48,549 nt of DNA from an uncultured Candidatus Saccharibacteria bacterium (lineage in GTDB: Bacteria; Patescibacteriota; Minisyncoccia; Phycocordibacterales; UBA12445): the NCBI GenBank assembly GCA_964531375.1, contig CAZHDO010000005.1:1-48549 (forward strand), read 5' to 3'. This document shows, piece after piece, positions 18,928-30,675 of this stretch. Each line of letters starts with the position of its first letter. The stretch's first letter is position 1. The position numbers were made by a program, and so were the translations under genes. A model generated the notes under the pieces. The model saw only the letters and a program-made list of their open reading frames with translations, was not told the DNA's origin and did no database searches.

Positions 18928-20973
18928 ATGGCCAAAGATAAAAAAGACGGATATAGTTCAGAAGATATTGTTGTTCTTGAAGGACTTGAGCCTGTCAGAA
19001 AGAGACCTGGAATGTACATCGGTTCTACTGGAACAGACGGTCTTCACCACTTAATCACTGAAATTTTTGACAACTCCAGAGACGAAGCGATGAATGGTCA
19101 TGCGAATGAGATTGAGGTTGCTCTTCTTCCTGATGATATGGTTAGGGTTGTGGATAACGGTAGAGGTATCCCTGTTGATATTCATCCTAAAACAAAAGTC
19201 TCTGCGCTTGAAACTGTTATGACCGTGCTTCATGCTGGAGGTAAATTCGAAGGTACATCATATAATATTTCAGGAGGTCTTCATGGTGTTGGTGCGTCTG
19301 TTGTGAATGCGCTTTCTACTTATCTTCGTGTTGATGTTTGGAAGCCAGATGGAAGATATTTTCAGGAATATCAGATTGGCAAGAGAAAGGCTTTGGTTAA
19401 AAAAGAGAAAAATCCAAACAAAGATATACATGGCACTGTGGTTATGTTTAAACCAGATGGCACTATCTTTTCGGATATTATTTTTAATTGGGACAGAGTG
19501 GTCAACCATATGCGTCAGCAGGCATATTTGGTAAAGAAATTAAGAATAAGAGTTGTTGATGCTAGGAACATTGATCCAAAAACAGATTTAACTGAAGCTT
19601 TCTATTTAAGTGATCTTGGTCTCGATATCCCTTCTCAGACTTTTTATTTTGAAGGTGGATTATTGTCCCTTGTAAGTTTTTACAATTTAAAACAAGTTGC
19701 AGTACATCGAAATATTTTTTATGTTGAAAAGGAAGCGAATGGTTTAGTTGTTGAATGTGCTCTTCAGTATGTTGACGATATCTCCTCAAGAGAGCTTAGC
19801 TACGCGAATAATATAAACACCCCAGATGGTGGTATGCATTTAACTGGTTTCAGAACAGCACTTACAAGAATCTTGAATGATTATTCAAAGAAAAACGGTG
19901 CAAAAGATGAGGATAGTTTTACTGGTGATGATGTGAGAGAGGGTGTGACTGCAATTGTTTCTGTTAAACTAAGAGATCCTCAGTTTGAGGGTCAGACAAA
20001 GGCTAAGTTGGGTAACGTTGAGGCAAGAGGAGCCACAGAGACAGTCTTTGGAGAAGCTTTCGCAGCTTTCCTCGAAGAAAAGCCAGATGATGCCAAAGCT
20101 ATTGTAAATAAAATTCTTCTTGCTATGAAGGCAAGAAAAGCTGCAAAGGCTGCGAAAGACAGTGTTCTTAGAAAGGGTGCTCTTGAGGGATTAAGTCTTC
20201 CTGGAAAGCTCGCAGACTGTCAGACCAGAAAAGCAGAGGAAGCTGAATTATTTATTGTTGAGGGAGATTCCGCAGGCGGATCTTCAAAACAAGGTAGAGA
20301 TAGAAGAACCCAAGCTATTTTACCGCTTAAGGGTAAAATATTGAACGTTGAAAGAGCAAGACTTGATAAGGTTCTCTCATCTATTGAAATCAAATCATTA
20401 GTCATTGCACTTGGGACAGCTATTGGAGATATTTTTGATCAATCAAAATTAAGATACCACAAAGTTATTATTGCCACCGATGCGGACGTCGACGGTGCAC
20501 ACATTCGCACATTATTGCTCACTCTTTTTTATAGGCATTTTAAACCGCTTGTAGAGTCTGGTCATATCTATATTGCACAACCGCCATTGTATAAACTCAA
20601 AAAGGGTAAAAATAATTATTATGCTTATAGTGACGAAGAGAAAGATAAGGTAATGAAGCAAATTGGGGGAGATGTTAACGTTCTTGAAGAAACTGAAGGT
20701 GCTTCAGAGGGTGGAGAGGAGGATGAAGGAGAAGAGGCTGTTGCAAAAAGAGCTTCTAAAATTTCTGTTCAGCGATACAAGGGTCTTGGAGAAATGAACC
20801 CAAGCGAGCTTTGGGAAACGACAATGGATCCTGACAGAAGAATACTGAAACAAGTTACAATTGATTCCGCCATGGAGGCCGATAGTACTTTTGATATTCT
20901 TATGGGTTCGGAGGTTTTGCCAAGAAAAATGTTTATCCAGAGTCATGCAAAGTTGGCCAATATTGATGTTTAA
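18928..20973 (+). CDS. gyrB: DNA gyrase / type IIA topoisomerase subunit B
   Basis: VRKRPGMYIG, GGLHGVG, VEGDSAGG, PLKGKILN, DADVDG, QRYKGLGEM. Confidence 0.93.
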   Translation: MAKDKKDGYSSEDIVVLEGLEPVRKRPGMYIGSTGTDGLHHLITEIFDNSRDEAMNGHANEIEVALLPDDMVRVVDNGRGIPVDIHPKTKVSALETVMTVLHAGGKFEGTSYNISGGLHGVGASVVNALSTYLRVDVWKPDGRYFQEYQIGKRKALVKKEKNPNKDIHGTVVMFKPDGTIFSDIIFNWDRVVNHMRQQAYLVKKLRIRVVDARNIDPKTDLTEAFYLSDLGLDIPSQTFYFEGGLLSLVSFYNLKQVAVHRNIFYVEKEANGLVVECALQYVDDISSRELSYANNINTPDGGMHLTGFRTALTRILNDYSKKNGAKDEDSFTGDDVREGVTAIVSVKLRDPQFEGQTKAKLGNVEARGATETVFGEAFAAFLEEKPDDAKAIVNKILLAMKARKAAKAAKDSVLRKGALEGLSLPGKLADCQTRKAEEAELFIVEGDSAGGSSKQGRDRRTQAILPLKGKILNVERARLDKVLSSIEIKSLVIALGTAIGDIFDQSKLRYHKVIIATDADVDGAHIRTLLLTLFYRHFKPLVESGHIYIAQPPLYKLKKGKNNYYAYSDEEKDKVMKQIGGDVNVLEETEGASEGGEEDEGEEAVAKRASKISVQRYKGLGEMNPSELWETTMDPDRRILKQVTIDSAMEADSTFDILMGSEVLPRKMFIQSHAKLANIDV

Positions 20974-21039
20974 TTAATTACAAATTAATAATTAACAATT
21001 ACGAATTATATATTTAACAAAATACTTATCGGGTTTGTT

Positions 21040-21846
21040 TTGGTTAATTTAATATTAACGCCTGTTTCTTTTGCCGCGGAAACCTCGCTTCCTAATACTG
21101 GTTTTATAAAAAGTGGAATTTGGTTTTCAAAAGACCCTTTTTATGCTGGCGAAAAAATTCGAATTTACACAATACTTTTTAATGGCTCGGAAAATGACTT
21201 ACTAGGTGAAGTTGATTTTGAGAATAATAGTAAGTCTATTTGCAAAGGGGATTTTGCCTTAACTGCAGGGAGGACTCAGGAGGTATGGTGCGATTGGCTC
21301 GCTGTAAGGGGGAATAATAAGATTACTGCTAAAATAGTTAACCCCAAGATATCTATTGTTGGTGAAGCTCTGCAGCCAGTTATTTTAGATAATGGCATAA
21401 GCGGTATTAGTGAGAGAAAAATAATAGACCCACCTGTTGCTGTGACATCAGTGGTTTCTGTTAATAAGAACAACGACATAATAAATCCAGACCAAGGATT
21501 TGGTACAAGCTCGAGTTTTGCAGAAGAAAAGATAAAAGAAAATCTTGAGGTGTTGAAAGATGGTGTAGATGCTGTTGCTCCGAAGGAGATAACTAGAGAA
21601 AGCGTAGACAAGGCGAAAGATAAAATTATTTCCTACATACCGTCTTCGGTGGTTAATACAGTGAAGAGTATTTCTGATAAAACAGGAATATCTAAGCTTA
21701 CAGGGCCACTTTCTTTTGTTGTTGATTTCTTGATTGCTGTCTATAAATTTGTTATAAATGACCCGCTTACTATAATAGTCATATTCTCCTTTATTGTTTG
21801 GAAAATATTGAATTATATATATCAAAGGACAAGAAGGCCTTTTTAA
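21040..21846 (+). CDS. secreted/membrane-anchored hypothetical protein (Ig/CARDB-like N-terminal domain)
   Basis: Signal-peptide-like start (frame is open back to 20992, so the true start may be a non-canonical ATT/ATA), beta-rich domain, C-terminal TM helix. Confidence 0.7.
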   Translation: MVNLILTPVSFAAETSLPNTGFIKSGIWFSKDPFYAGEKIRIYTILFNGSENDLLGEVDFENNSKSICKGDFALTAGRTQEVWCDWLAVRGNNKITAKIVNPKISIVGEALQPVILDNGISGISERKIIDPPVAVTSVVSVNKNNDIINPDQGFGTSSSFAEEKIKENLEVLKDGVDAVAPKEITRESVDKAKDKIISYIPSSVVNTVKSISDKTGISKLTGPLSFVVDFLIAVYKFVINDPLTIIVIFSFIVWKILNYIYQRTRRPF

Positions 21847-23256
<1,410 letters not shown>

Positions 23257-23333
23257 AATTACCGCAGTTGTTACAGGTCCCTATTTAAAAATACACTTTT
23301 CATCTAAAAGACAGTAAGGTGTTTTTTAAAATC

Positions 23334-23373
23334 TTACTATAGTACTGAGACGATTGCGATACTACTATAGTAA
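23334..23373. promoter_or_regulatory. 40-bp palindromic site (left), overlapping promoter TTGCGA-17-TATAAT
   Basis: Two ACTATAGT boxes 20 nt apart; 34/40 identical to the reverse complement of 23997-24036. Confidence 0.8.
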
Positions 23374-23388
23374 GCGTATAATATTACC

Positions 23389-23991
23389 ATGATCAATGCT
23401 TCGGAAATAATTTTAAAAATACTAAAAGAAAGCGCGCAGGTGACTTTAGAATTATCAGAGATGATGATACATTCTCGTAGCGAGTCATATCGGCTGTTTA
23501 GAGAAAGCTTGCATGGTAACTCGAAAGGGGAGAAAAAAGGTGGTGTAAAACCTATAAGCAAACAGAATTTTTACAACTTGTTAAATTATTTAAAAAGGGA
23601 AGGTTTTGTTCACAAAGATAATAAGGATAATGATTCTGTTTGGAGTATTACGGATTTGGGTATTAAAAAATTGGAGAGAATTAGGCTTAGAGCTCTGAAC
23701 TCTAAAAATAATATAAATTATAAAGTAGAAAAAACAGACAAAAGTATTATCGTGGCTTTTGATATACCAGAAAAATACGGGAAACATCGAGCATGGCTTA
23801 GAGAAGTTCTTGGTTATTTAGATTTTAATATGGCACAAAAAAGTTTATGGATTGGCACTTCTAAAATACCAGAAGAATTTATTTTTGATCTAAAAAATAG
23901 GGGATTAGTGGACCATGTTGATATTTTTGAATTAGGCGCAAAGGGCACCTTACAGCGAATGAATCTAAAAGAGGGAGCAACTGCGAAATAA
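23389..23991 (+). CDS. PaaX-like protein: winged HTH plus Cas2/VapD-like ferredoxin domain
   Basis: FYNLLNYLKREGFV..WSIT..G wHTH; IVAFDIPE..RAWLR..L..LDF..QKSLW. Confidence 0.82.
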   Translation: MINASEIILKILKESAQVTLELSEMMIHSRSESYRLFRESLHGNSKGEKKGGVKPISKQNFYNLLNYLKREGFVHKDNKDNDSVWSITDLGIKKLERIRLRALNSKNNINYKVEKTDKSIIVAFDIPEKYGKHRAWLREVLGYLDFNMAQKSLWIGTSKIPEEFIFDLKNRGLVDHVDIFELGAKGTLQRMNLKEGATAK

Positions 23992-23996
23992 CATAT

Positions 23997-24036
23997 TCAC
24001 TATAGTATTATCGCAATCGTCATAATACTATAGTGA
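23997..24036. repeat. 40-bp palindromic site (right), inverted relative to the left site
   Basis: TCACTATAGT-ATTATCGCAATCGTCATAAT-ACTATAGTGA. Confidence 0.8.
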
Positions 24037-24107
24037 GGTATTGTGGGGTGTGTTTTTGGGTGTTTATTTGGTATAATTTATTGTGTTTAAAATAATTACA
24101 TAAGAAA

Positions 24108-27100
24108 ATGTCTAAATTTAATGAAGATTTTGGTGTTCCGTTCCATAAACAGACTACTAGCGACAAGATGAATAAAATGGCTAAATTAGACGAAAGAGAC
24201 ATCGTTGACAATTCTGAATATTTGGAGAAGATTAAAAAGACTCAACAGGAAGTTGATAAGTTGATTGCAGAGAAGAAGTTGAAAGAAGAAAGAGAGGCTC
24301 AAGATAAATTAAAAAGCGAAATTTTGAATATTTTTGATAAAAGTGGAGAAGGGGTAAGGGGGGCTAACATTCTTAATCGTGATGGAACATTGAAGGAGCG
24401 TGTCCAAGATGAACTAAGGCAAATAAATGCAATTACTAAACCGCAAGATTCTAGCGGTGGAATTTTTAATGAGGATGGGAAATTAAAAGAAGAAGTGGGG
24501 GGTAAATTAGGCGACAGAGAAAAAAGGTCGGAGGAGGATTTGATCCAGTTAATAAATGAGGAGTCGTTTGATAGTGCCGAAGAAAAATATGGGAATTATG
24601 ATGTTTCTGAAAAAGTGATTGAGGTGTTAAAGAATAAATTATCAGAGATTGTAAAGGAGGAAGGTTTTTCTGGTGTTGTAAATGATCAAGGTAGGTTTGC
24701 GAAATTAACGGAAATTGTTGAGGGGAAATTTAAAACAAAATTGGGATTAAGTAAGTCCTATATTCAAGAAACTTTGATTGTTTTTCTTGAAAACTCAAGG
24801 GAAAGAGATTTGAATTATCTAAAGAGACAAACTGATAAATTGGCTCTTAAATACGATTTGGATAAAGAGCAAATATCGGAAGTTGTGCAAAACTTATTAG
24901 CGAAGAGGATAGCCAATTCCTATGAAGCACACGCTCTTGATGATTATGGTATAACGACAAAACAAGCAAAAGAGGCAGAAAAAAATTTCGACTTGTCAAA
25001 AAAAGAAGTCGAGTCTATTGATAAAAAAGCATTTGAAAATATATTTTATGAAAACAACCTGAAATATCTCGATTGGGAGAAGTTAGGGAAATTTAAAAAA
25101 GAGTATAATATTGGAGATGAATTTGTAGACAAACTGCTTAAAGAACATTTAGGCGAGGTTATAAAGAAATACAGCGGATATTTTTTTAGTCCAGCGAATC
25201 TCGCTAATTTTACGAAGGGTCTTAAATCTATAACCAATGACCCAGTGTTGATCGATAACGCAGTAGAAGAAATAAAATTAAATATTTTTATACATAAGAT
25301 TGACATTGGGTATCCTTACGTCTTAGAAGACGGCGACTTAGAAGGACTCCCGGAAAATCTTAAATTTATTCCCGAAGTGCAGGATAAAATCAAAAATTAT
25401 GTGCAAAATATAACGTTTGATAAATTTACTCCGGCAGTTGAAAACTTAATAATGTTAAACGAAGAAGAGATTGTTCCGATAATCGATAAGAGGATTGATG
25501 AAGTTTTTCTTAAAATAAAGGAAGAAAAAGATGAGTTTAGGGCACATAAATTTAAATCCTTTTTTAGAATTATCAATCACTATGGAAAAGAGAAGGCGTT
25601 ATCTTTTGCTCAAAGATTGACGTTGGGGGCTAATTTTTCTTCCGCACGTGAATTTATTCAAAATGTCAGCGCGGAAGGAGAACTTTCTGAATGGACGGAA
25701 TCGTTTAAGAATAACACCGACGTCCAAAGTGCCCTTTTGTCTAAAGTTGAGGAGGTAATGGGAGCTAGCTGGTCAGAAGAATTTATTTTGAAATGGGGTG
25801 ATTTTATGAGTGCCGAGTCGTTGAAAGAATCTTTTGGTCACTTGGCAAATAAAAACATCTCCGCGTCTATTTTATTTTGTCATAAACTTCTTGCTGTTAA
25901 CAATTTCGGTGAGATACTGAGAATGATTAAATTAGATGAAGATGAATCCAAGAATGAAGCGAAACAGAAGACCATAATAAATTTAATTATCGCAGTAAAC
26001 CCAGTGTTAAAAGAGTTATTTACTAATCCGACAAAGCTCGGGAAGGCCACTAATCTGATTACGAACAAAATTGTTCAGTTTATAGGTAAAATAGAGGATC
26101 GTGATGACTTAGCGATGATCTTGTCTGGGAAGATGCTTGAAATATCCAGGGTTTTTCAGAGTTCAGATAGTAGTGTAATAGACAAAAGAAGTTTATTTTT
26201 AGAATTATATGATCCCGATATCGATTCCAAAGACAAACAATTTTTAGGAGAAATACAGTCTCTTTCTATTGACAACGGGATATCAAAAACTGAGGCATAT
26301 AAAAAAATAGTTTTAAAGGACGAGGAAGGGCTTTTGATCGAATCCGGTAGTCATAGCATGATGGTGTATTTTGAGAAGCTACTTTCTCGAGAACAGGATG
26401 AGAACAAAAAAGCGGATCTTGAAAGTAAAATAAATAGGATTAGGGGAAATATTAAAAAAGCAGATAAAAGGAATAGACAGCTTTTTACTAAAATAAATGA
26501 TAAAAATATTTCCCAAGAAGAAAAAGTCGAATTAATTGTGCCAAAAGAGACAAGTGTATCTCAAGTTGGACCCGAGAAGGTGACTTTGCCAATTCTTGAA
26601 GAAGCTGCTTTTTGTGATGCGCTTTTGGGGGAATTAGGTGCTAAACAGGAAAATAATCTTGGCTTGCATATATCAGCTACTAAATATTATGATAAAATTG
26701 GAATGACATTGTTAAGCCGACTGCCATCTTATGATAATCTTCACGGCGCTCTAGTAAATAGGGTTTATGGAGACATTTCTGGGTACCCTCATAAATACTA
26801 TGGTCCAAGTGGTAGTGAAGATGATGCTTTTAGTATGGGACCGGCTCATAAATGTATTATCCTGGGGTTACCAAGCACAATGATTTCAAGTATCGTTGTT
26901 AAAGATGAAGTTGATGTGTTCGAACAAAAAAAAGCTGTTGCTATGAATGGTTTTTATATTCCAATTGTAAGAGAAAGCGACACAGAGATTTTATTTACCC
27001 CTGATGAATTTGATGAAATGAAGGTTTTTTATGGTTCTTTACACAGACAAGGCTATCCTTCAGAAGTTATCGATAGTGTGTATAAATATTATCTAGAGCA

Positions 27101-28607
27101 AAAAAATAGCGGAGAGGTCACGAAACATAAAATCGTAATTGAAAAAGGCTTCGATTTTGTTAGAGAACAATTGAATTCAGGATTGGAACAGGAAAAGACT
27201 TTTGATCTTGCGGTCTTGGTTGATTTCTTAAAAAAGAACGATTTAAATAAAAAGGATATTGGATGGTATCAGACGTCTTCGTTTGGGGAAGTAATGGAAC
27301 AGATAAGGGGAGATACCGCAAGTAAAAATAGGTGGAAAGCTAGGGATGCCTTGTTTATATATCCAGAAGGTTTTGATAAAAAACCAAAAAGTATTTCTGA
27401 AAACATAGAAACAATAAAAAGTATAGAGAGAAAGCCACATGGTTTTATTGACGCATTTGAAGGCCAACTTGAATATATTACACCGCCCCAAACACTATAT
27501 TTTGAAAATTTGGAATATCAGAAGAATATTAGAAACCTTATGTTTAGGGAAGGTATTAATACAGATGAAATAAACAAACCGAGCATCCGTATTGGTAATA
27601 TTGAGAATTCTGCAAAGTATTTCACAGAAAAAAGAGTAGTGCTTATGAGGTTTGTGTGGAATGAGTGTTTTAATAAGGTGGGTGATAAAATTAGTGATAA
27701 AAAACAATTGTCATTATATCGAGAATTACTAATACCCATAATAACTGGAAGTTTAGGTAGATCTGAGACTGTTCTTGGTTCGGATTTGGACTACAATATT
27801 CTTCTTGATGATGAAAAAATTCCTGCGGATATCGACAAGGATAAGTTTATGCAAGAGATAAAAGAATTTGTAAATAATGTTCTTTCTCCTGAGATGGGCG
27901 AATTAATTAAAGAGAAAAAGTTGAGACCTGATGCGGGATTGGGTAAAGAGGATAGAAAACCTTTTAGTATTGTGAGTAGAATTAAAGAATTTGATATTGA
28001 GTTATCAAAAAAGAGACAAGAAGAGGAGCCAACTGAAATAATAACGATGGAGCCGCTATTTACAAACGGGGAAGAAATAGTTAAAAAGGCGAAAAATTAT
28101 CTTTTTGAAAATAAGTCGGCCTATCTTTTGTCGTCGTTTGTTGAGAGAGATCTTCAGATTGGAACCAAGGAAAAGAATTCTTTTATAGCTGATTTTGAAG
28201 AATTATATTCTTCGGTTGCAAGCGGTAATATTATCAAAAAAATTAAAGAATCAATGCAGAGGACTTTGGTTTTTAAAATGAACCAGCTTTTGTTTCAGGC
28301 AATAGAAGACGGGAAAATTGCAAAAGCTGAAGTTGACAGTATTCCCTCTGCTGTTGTTGAATTAATAAGATATTTAGGTTCAAGGGGTATTTTATCTGAA
28401 AAAGAAACGACAACCTGCGAGGGTCTATGGGCCGTTTCTTATAAATTGAGGTTTTTGGGAGAGGTTTATTCTGACGGTGGGGCAAATACAGAAAAAGTTG
28501 TTAAAGTCAAAAATGTAGAATATAAAATCGAAGATCTTTCGTATGATGATAGAACAGTGGTTTTTCAGCTTCTGAAGGACTTCAGAGAGCAAGTTTTATA
28601 TAAATAG
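24108..28607 (+). CDS. 1499-aa protein with C-terminal GlnD/DUF294-like nucleotidyltransferase domain
   Basis: Long uninterrupted ORF; GSLGRSE..SDLD pol-beta-superfamily motif at ~27747-27792; helical N-terminal two-thirds. Confidence 0.75.
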   Translation: MSKFNEDFGVPFHKQTTSDKMNKMAKLDERDIVDNSEYLEKIKKTQQEVDKLIAEKKLKEEREAQDKLKSEILNIFDKSGEGVRGANILNRDGTLKERVQDELRQINAITKPQDSSGGIFNEDGKLKEEVGGKLGDREKRSEEDLIQLINEESFDSAEEKYGNYDVSEKVIEVLKNKLSEIVKEEGFSGVVNDQGRFAKLTEIVEGKFKTKLGLSKSYIQETLIVFLENSRERDLNYLKRQTDKLALKYDLDKEQISEVVQNLLAKRIANSYEAHALDDYGITTKQAKEAEKNFDLSKKEVESIDKKAFENIFYENNLKYLDWEKLGKFKKEYNIGDEFVDKLLKEHLGEVIKKYSGYFFSPANLANFTKGLKSITNDPVLIDNAVEEIKLNIFIHKIDIGYPYVLEDGDLEGLPENLKFIPEVQDKIKNYVQNITFDKFTPAVENLIMLNEEEIVPIIDKRIDEVFLKIKEEKDEFRAHKFKSFFRIINHYGKEKALSFAQRLTLGANFSSAREFIQNVSAEGELSEWTESFKNNTDVQSALLSKVEEVMGASWSEEFILKWGDFMSAESLKESFGHLANKNISASILFCHKLLAVNNFGEILRMIKLDEDESKNEAKQKTIINLIIAVNPVLKELFTNPTKLGKATNLITNKIVQFIGKIEDRDDLAMILSGKMLEISRVFQSSDSSVIDKRSLFLELYDPDIDSKDKQFLGEIQSLSIDNGISKTEAYKKIVLKDEEGLLIESGSHSMMVYFEKLLSREQDENKKADLESKINRIRGNIKKADKRNRQLFTKINDKNISQEEKVELIVPKETSVSQVGPEKVTLPILEEAAFCDALLGELGAKQENNLGLHISATKYYDKIGMTLLSRLPSYDNLHGALVNRVYGDISGYPHKYYGPSGSEDDAFSMGPAHKCIILGLPSTMISSIVVKDEVDVFEQKKAVAMNGFYIPIVRESDTEILFTPDEFDEMKVFYGSLHRQGYPSEVIDSVYKYYLEQKNSGEVTKHKIVIEKGFDFVREQLNSGLEQEKTFDLAVLVDFLKKNDLNKKDIGWYQTSSFGEVMEQIRGDTASKNRWKARDALFIYPEGFDKKPKSISENIETIKSIERKPHGFIDAFEGQLEYITPPQTLYFENLEYQKNIRNLMFREGINTDEINKPSIRIGNIENSAKYFTEKRVVLMRFVWNECFNKVGDKISDKKQLSLYRELLIPIITGSLGRSETVLGSDLDYNILLDDEKIPADIDKDKFMQEIKEFVNNVLSPEMGELIKEKKLRPDAGLGKEDRKPFSIVSRIKEFDIELSKKRQEEEPTEIITMEPLFTNGEEIVKKAKNYLFENKSAYLLSSFVERDLQIGTKEKNSFIADFEELYSSVASGNIIKKIKESMQRTLVFKMNQLLFQAIEDGKIAKAEVDSIPSAVVELIRYLGSRGILSEKETTTCEGLWAVSYKLRFLGEVYSDGGANTEKVVKVKNVEYKIEDLSYDDRTVVFQLLKDFREQVLYK

Positions 28608-28609
28608 TT

Positions 28610-29479
28610 TTATTTTTCCCACCTTCCAAAAACTCCTTGAGGTAATATTCTTTCGCTTCCTTTTTCTTGGAGGCCGATTTCGGATGATTCGATTTTTCCG
28701 CTGAGATTACCGAAGGCGCTAATTAAGATATTTTTAACTGTTGTTGGAGACATTCCTGTTGAGTAGGAGTTAACGAGGAAAAATAGGGGATTGTTGGTGA
28801 GGATCATTTTGCATTTCTCGATAAGGGGCCAGAGGTCTTGTTCTATTTTCCAGACTTCACCTTTTGCACCTCGTCCAAATGATGGTGGGTCCATTATTAT
28901 TGCGTCGTATTTTGTGCCTCTTTTGGCTTCTCTTTCGACGAATTTTACTGCATCGTCAACAATCCATCTGACTTTATCTCCAAAGCTATTTATCTCGGCA
29001 TTTTCTTTTGCCCAGCCGACAATTCCTTTTGAGGAATCAACGTGGCAAACTTTTGCGCCGGCATATGTTGCCGCAACAGTAGCTCCGCCGGTATAAGCAA
29101 AAAGATTTAAGACGTTAATTTCTCTTTTCGACTCTTTTATTTTATTGATCATCCAGTCCCAGTTCACGGCTTGCTCAGGGAATAGGCCTGTGTGTTTAAA
29201 TTGTGTTGGTTTAATTATGAATTTAAGGTTGGAATATTTTACCTCCCACCTGTCTGGCATTTGGTTTCTTACTGACCATTTTCCGCCACCTTCTTCACTC
29301 CTTAGATAATGGGCATCTGCGTCACTCCATTCTTTCTTTGAGAGCTTTTTGGGCCAAATAGCCAGCGGGTCAGGACGAGATAGGATAAAGCTGTTTGTGG
29401 AAGAACCCCAGCGTTCAAGCTTCTCCCCGTCGCCAGAATCTAATAATTCATAATCTTTCCAATTGTTTGCTGTTTGCAT
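28610..29479 (-). CDS. class I SAM-dependent methyltransferase (RlmI/RlmK-like)
   Basis: YELLDSG.GEKLERWG, HTGLFPEQ, VLNLFAYTGG, IIMDPPSFGRG. Confidence 0.9.
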   Translation of the reverse strand: MQTANNWKDYELLDSGDGEKLERWGSSTNSFILSRPDPLAIWPKKLSKKEWSDADAHYLRSEEGGGKWSVRNQMPDRWEVKYSNLKFIIKPTQFKHTGLFPEQAVNWDWMINKIKESKREINVLNLFAYTGGATVAATYAGAKVCHVDSSKGIVGWAKENAEINSFGDKVRWIVDDAVKFVEREAKRGTKYDAIIMDPPSFGRGAKGEVWKIEQDLWPLIEKCKMILTNNPLFFLVNSYSTGMSPTTVKNILISAFGNLSGKIESSEIGLQEKGSERILPQGVFGRWEK

Positions 29480-29685
29480 TTACCCTGTTAAGTAAAAATT
29501 TGCTTTTACTTATTAATTAATATCAATAAATTTCGACTCAATTTCTAGTTTTGTTGTTACCCAATCACAATTTAGCAAATTTTAAATTTTATTCTAAAAT
29601 TTTACTAAACAGGGTGAACTAAATCTAGCAGATTTTAAGGCAAAATAACAGTCTTTTTGCTTAATGGATAATCGGTTGTGATTAT

Positions 29686-29714
29686 TTGACAAACTTGAAT
29701 AGGTATGTTATACT
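29686..29714 (+). promoter_or_regulatory. sigma70-type promoter
   Basis: TTGACA-17 nt-TATACT with extended TG. Confidence 0.8.
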
Positions 29715-29764
29715 TCAAAGGTAGCTAGATCTAATCAATTAAAAACAGAAAAAGGAGAAGTACT

Positions 29765-30544
29765 TTGAAAAATGATAAAAAAGTAGTAAAAGATGTAGCT
29801 TTGGCTTCTTTATTCGCAAAAATCATGGTTACTGTTTTTGTGATTATATTTGTGTCTATTTTTTTCAACAGGGAATCTTCAGTGGAGGATATTGTTCGTG
29901 AGAAAAGCTCCAGGAAGCTGGGTCAGGTTGTTTCAAACAAGTTTGTTCCGGTTATGATTTATCGGTTGGATGGGAGGGGTGGAGGAAAATTTATCGGGTG
30001 TGGTTCTTATTTCTTGAAGCATGGGAGGGGGCAGGTAATAACGTCAGAACACTTGTTCGTTAATAACAAAACTCCCTCAGCTTACGCGTTTCGGGTTGCT
30101 AGACCATGGGAGAATGATATCAGGCATTTTTTTAGTGGTTTAAATAAATTCTCCGAATTTGTACGAGGGAAGGAGTGTTTTCCTGATGTTGTTGTTTTGG
30201 ATTGTGGCAAGATAGCAACAATCAGTTATCATTCGGACCGTATGGACAGTATTGTTGCCTCTTCAACAACACTCTCTTCTTGTAAACAAAGATTAAGGTC
30301 TTTGGTAAGTGGAGAGGTCGTTGATGTGATTGCAGCTGTTGAAATGAATGACGATGATCCAAGCTCGTTTGTTATTGATTGCTCCAGCGTCAAGGGAGAA
30401 AGTGGAACAGGGTTTGTGGACAGTGAGAACAATATTTATATTGTAAAAGGCACGATTAAATCGTGGCCAGGATACAGCAAATATTACAAAGGAGACGTTT
30501 CAAGGTTAACGGTTGTTTCTGGGCCTTATTGCGTCACTGAATAG
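29765..30544 (+). CDS. membrane-anchored trypsin-like serine protease (putative)
   Basis: N-terminal TM; GCGSYF, ITSEHL (His), PDVVVL (Asp), GESGTGF (Ser); AAGGAG SD; terminator 30559-30590. Confidence 0.6.
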   Translation: MKNDKKVVKDVALASLFAKIMVTVFVIIFVSIFFNRESSVEDIVREKSSRKLGQVVSNKFVPVMIYRLDGRGGGKFIGCGSYFLKHGRGQVITSEHLFVNNKTPSAYAFRVARPWENDIRHFFSGLNKFSEFVRGKECFPDVVVLDCGKIATISYHSDRMDSIVASSTTLSSCKQRLRSLVSGEVVDVIAAVEMNDDDPSSFVIDCSSVKGESGTGFVDSENNIYIVKGTIKSWPGYSKYYKGDVSRLTVVSGPYCVTE

Positions 30545-30675
30545 TTTTCATTATCATACCGCCAGTTGCAAATGCAATTGGCGGTTTTTTACATTTAACT
30601 TTATTTTCACAACTATGGCGGTTTTTTGATTTTTATGTTATAATTAAAGAATTAATAATTTAATTATATAAATTT

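Noticed and set aside
23334-24036. CRISPR-Cas locus suggested by the Cas2-like domain and nearby repeats
   Set aside because: Only two sites, in inverted orientation, with no spacers and no cas1 or effector genes
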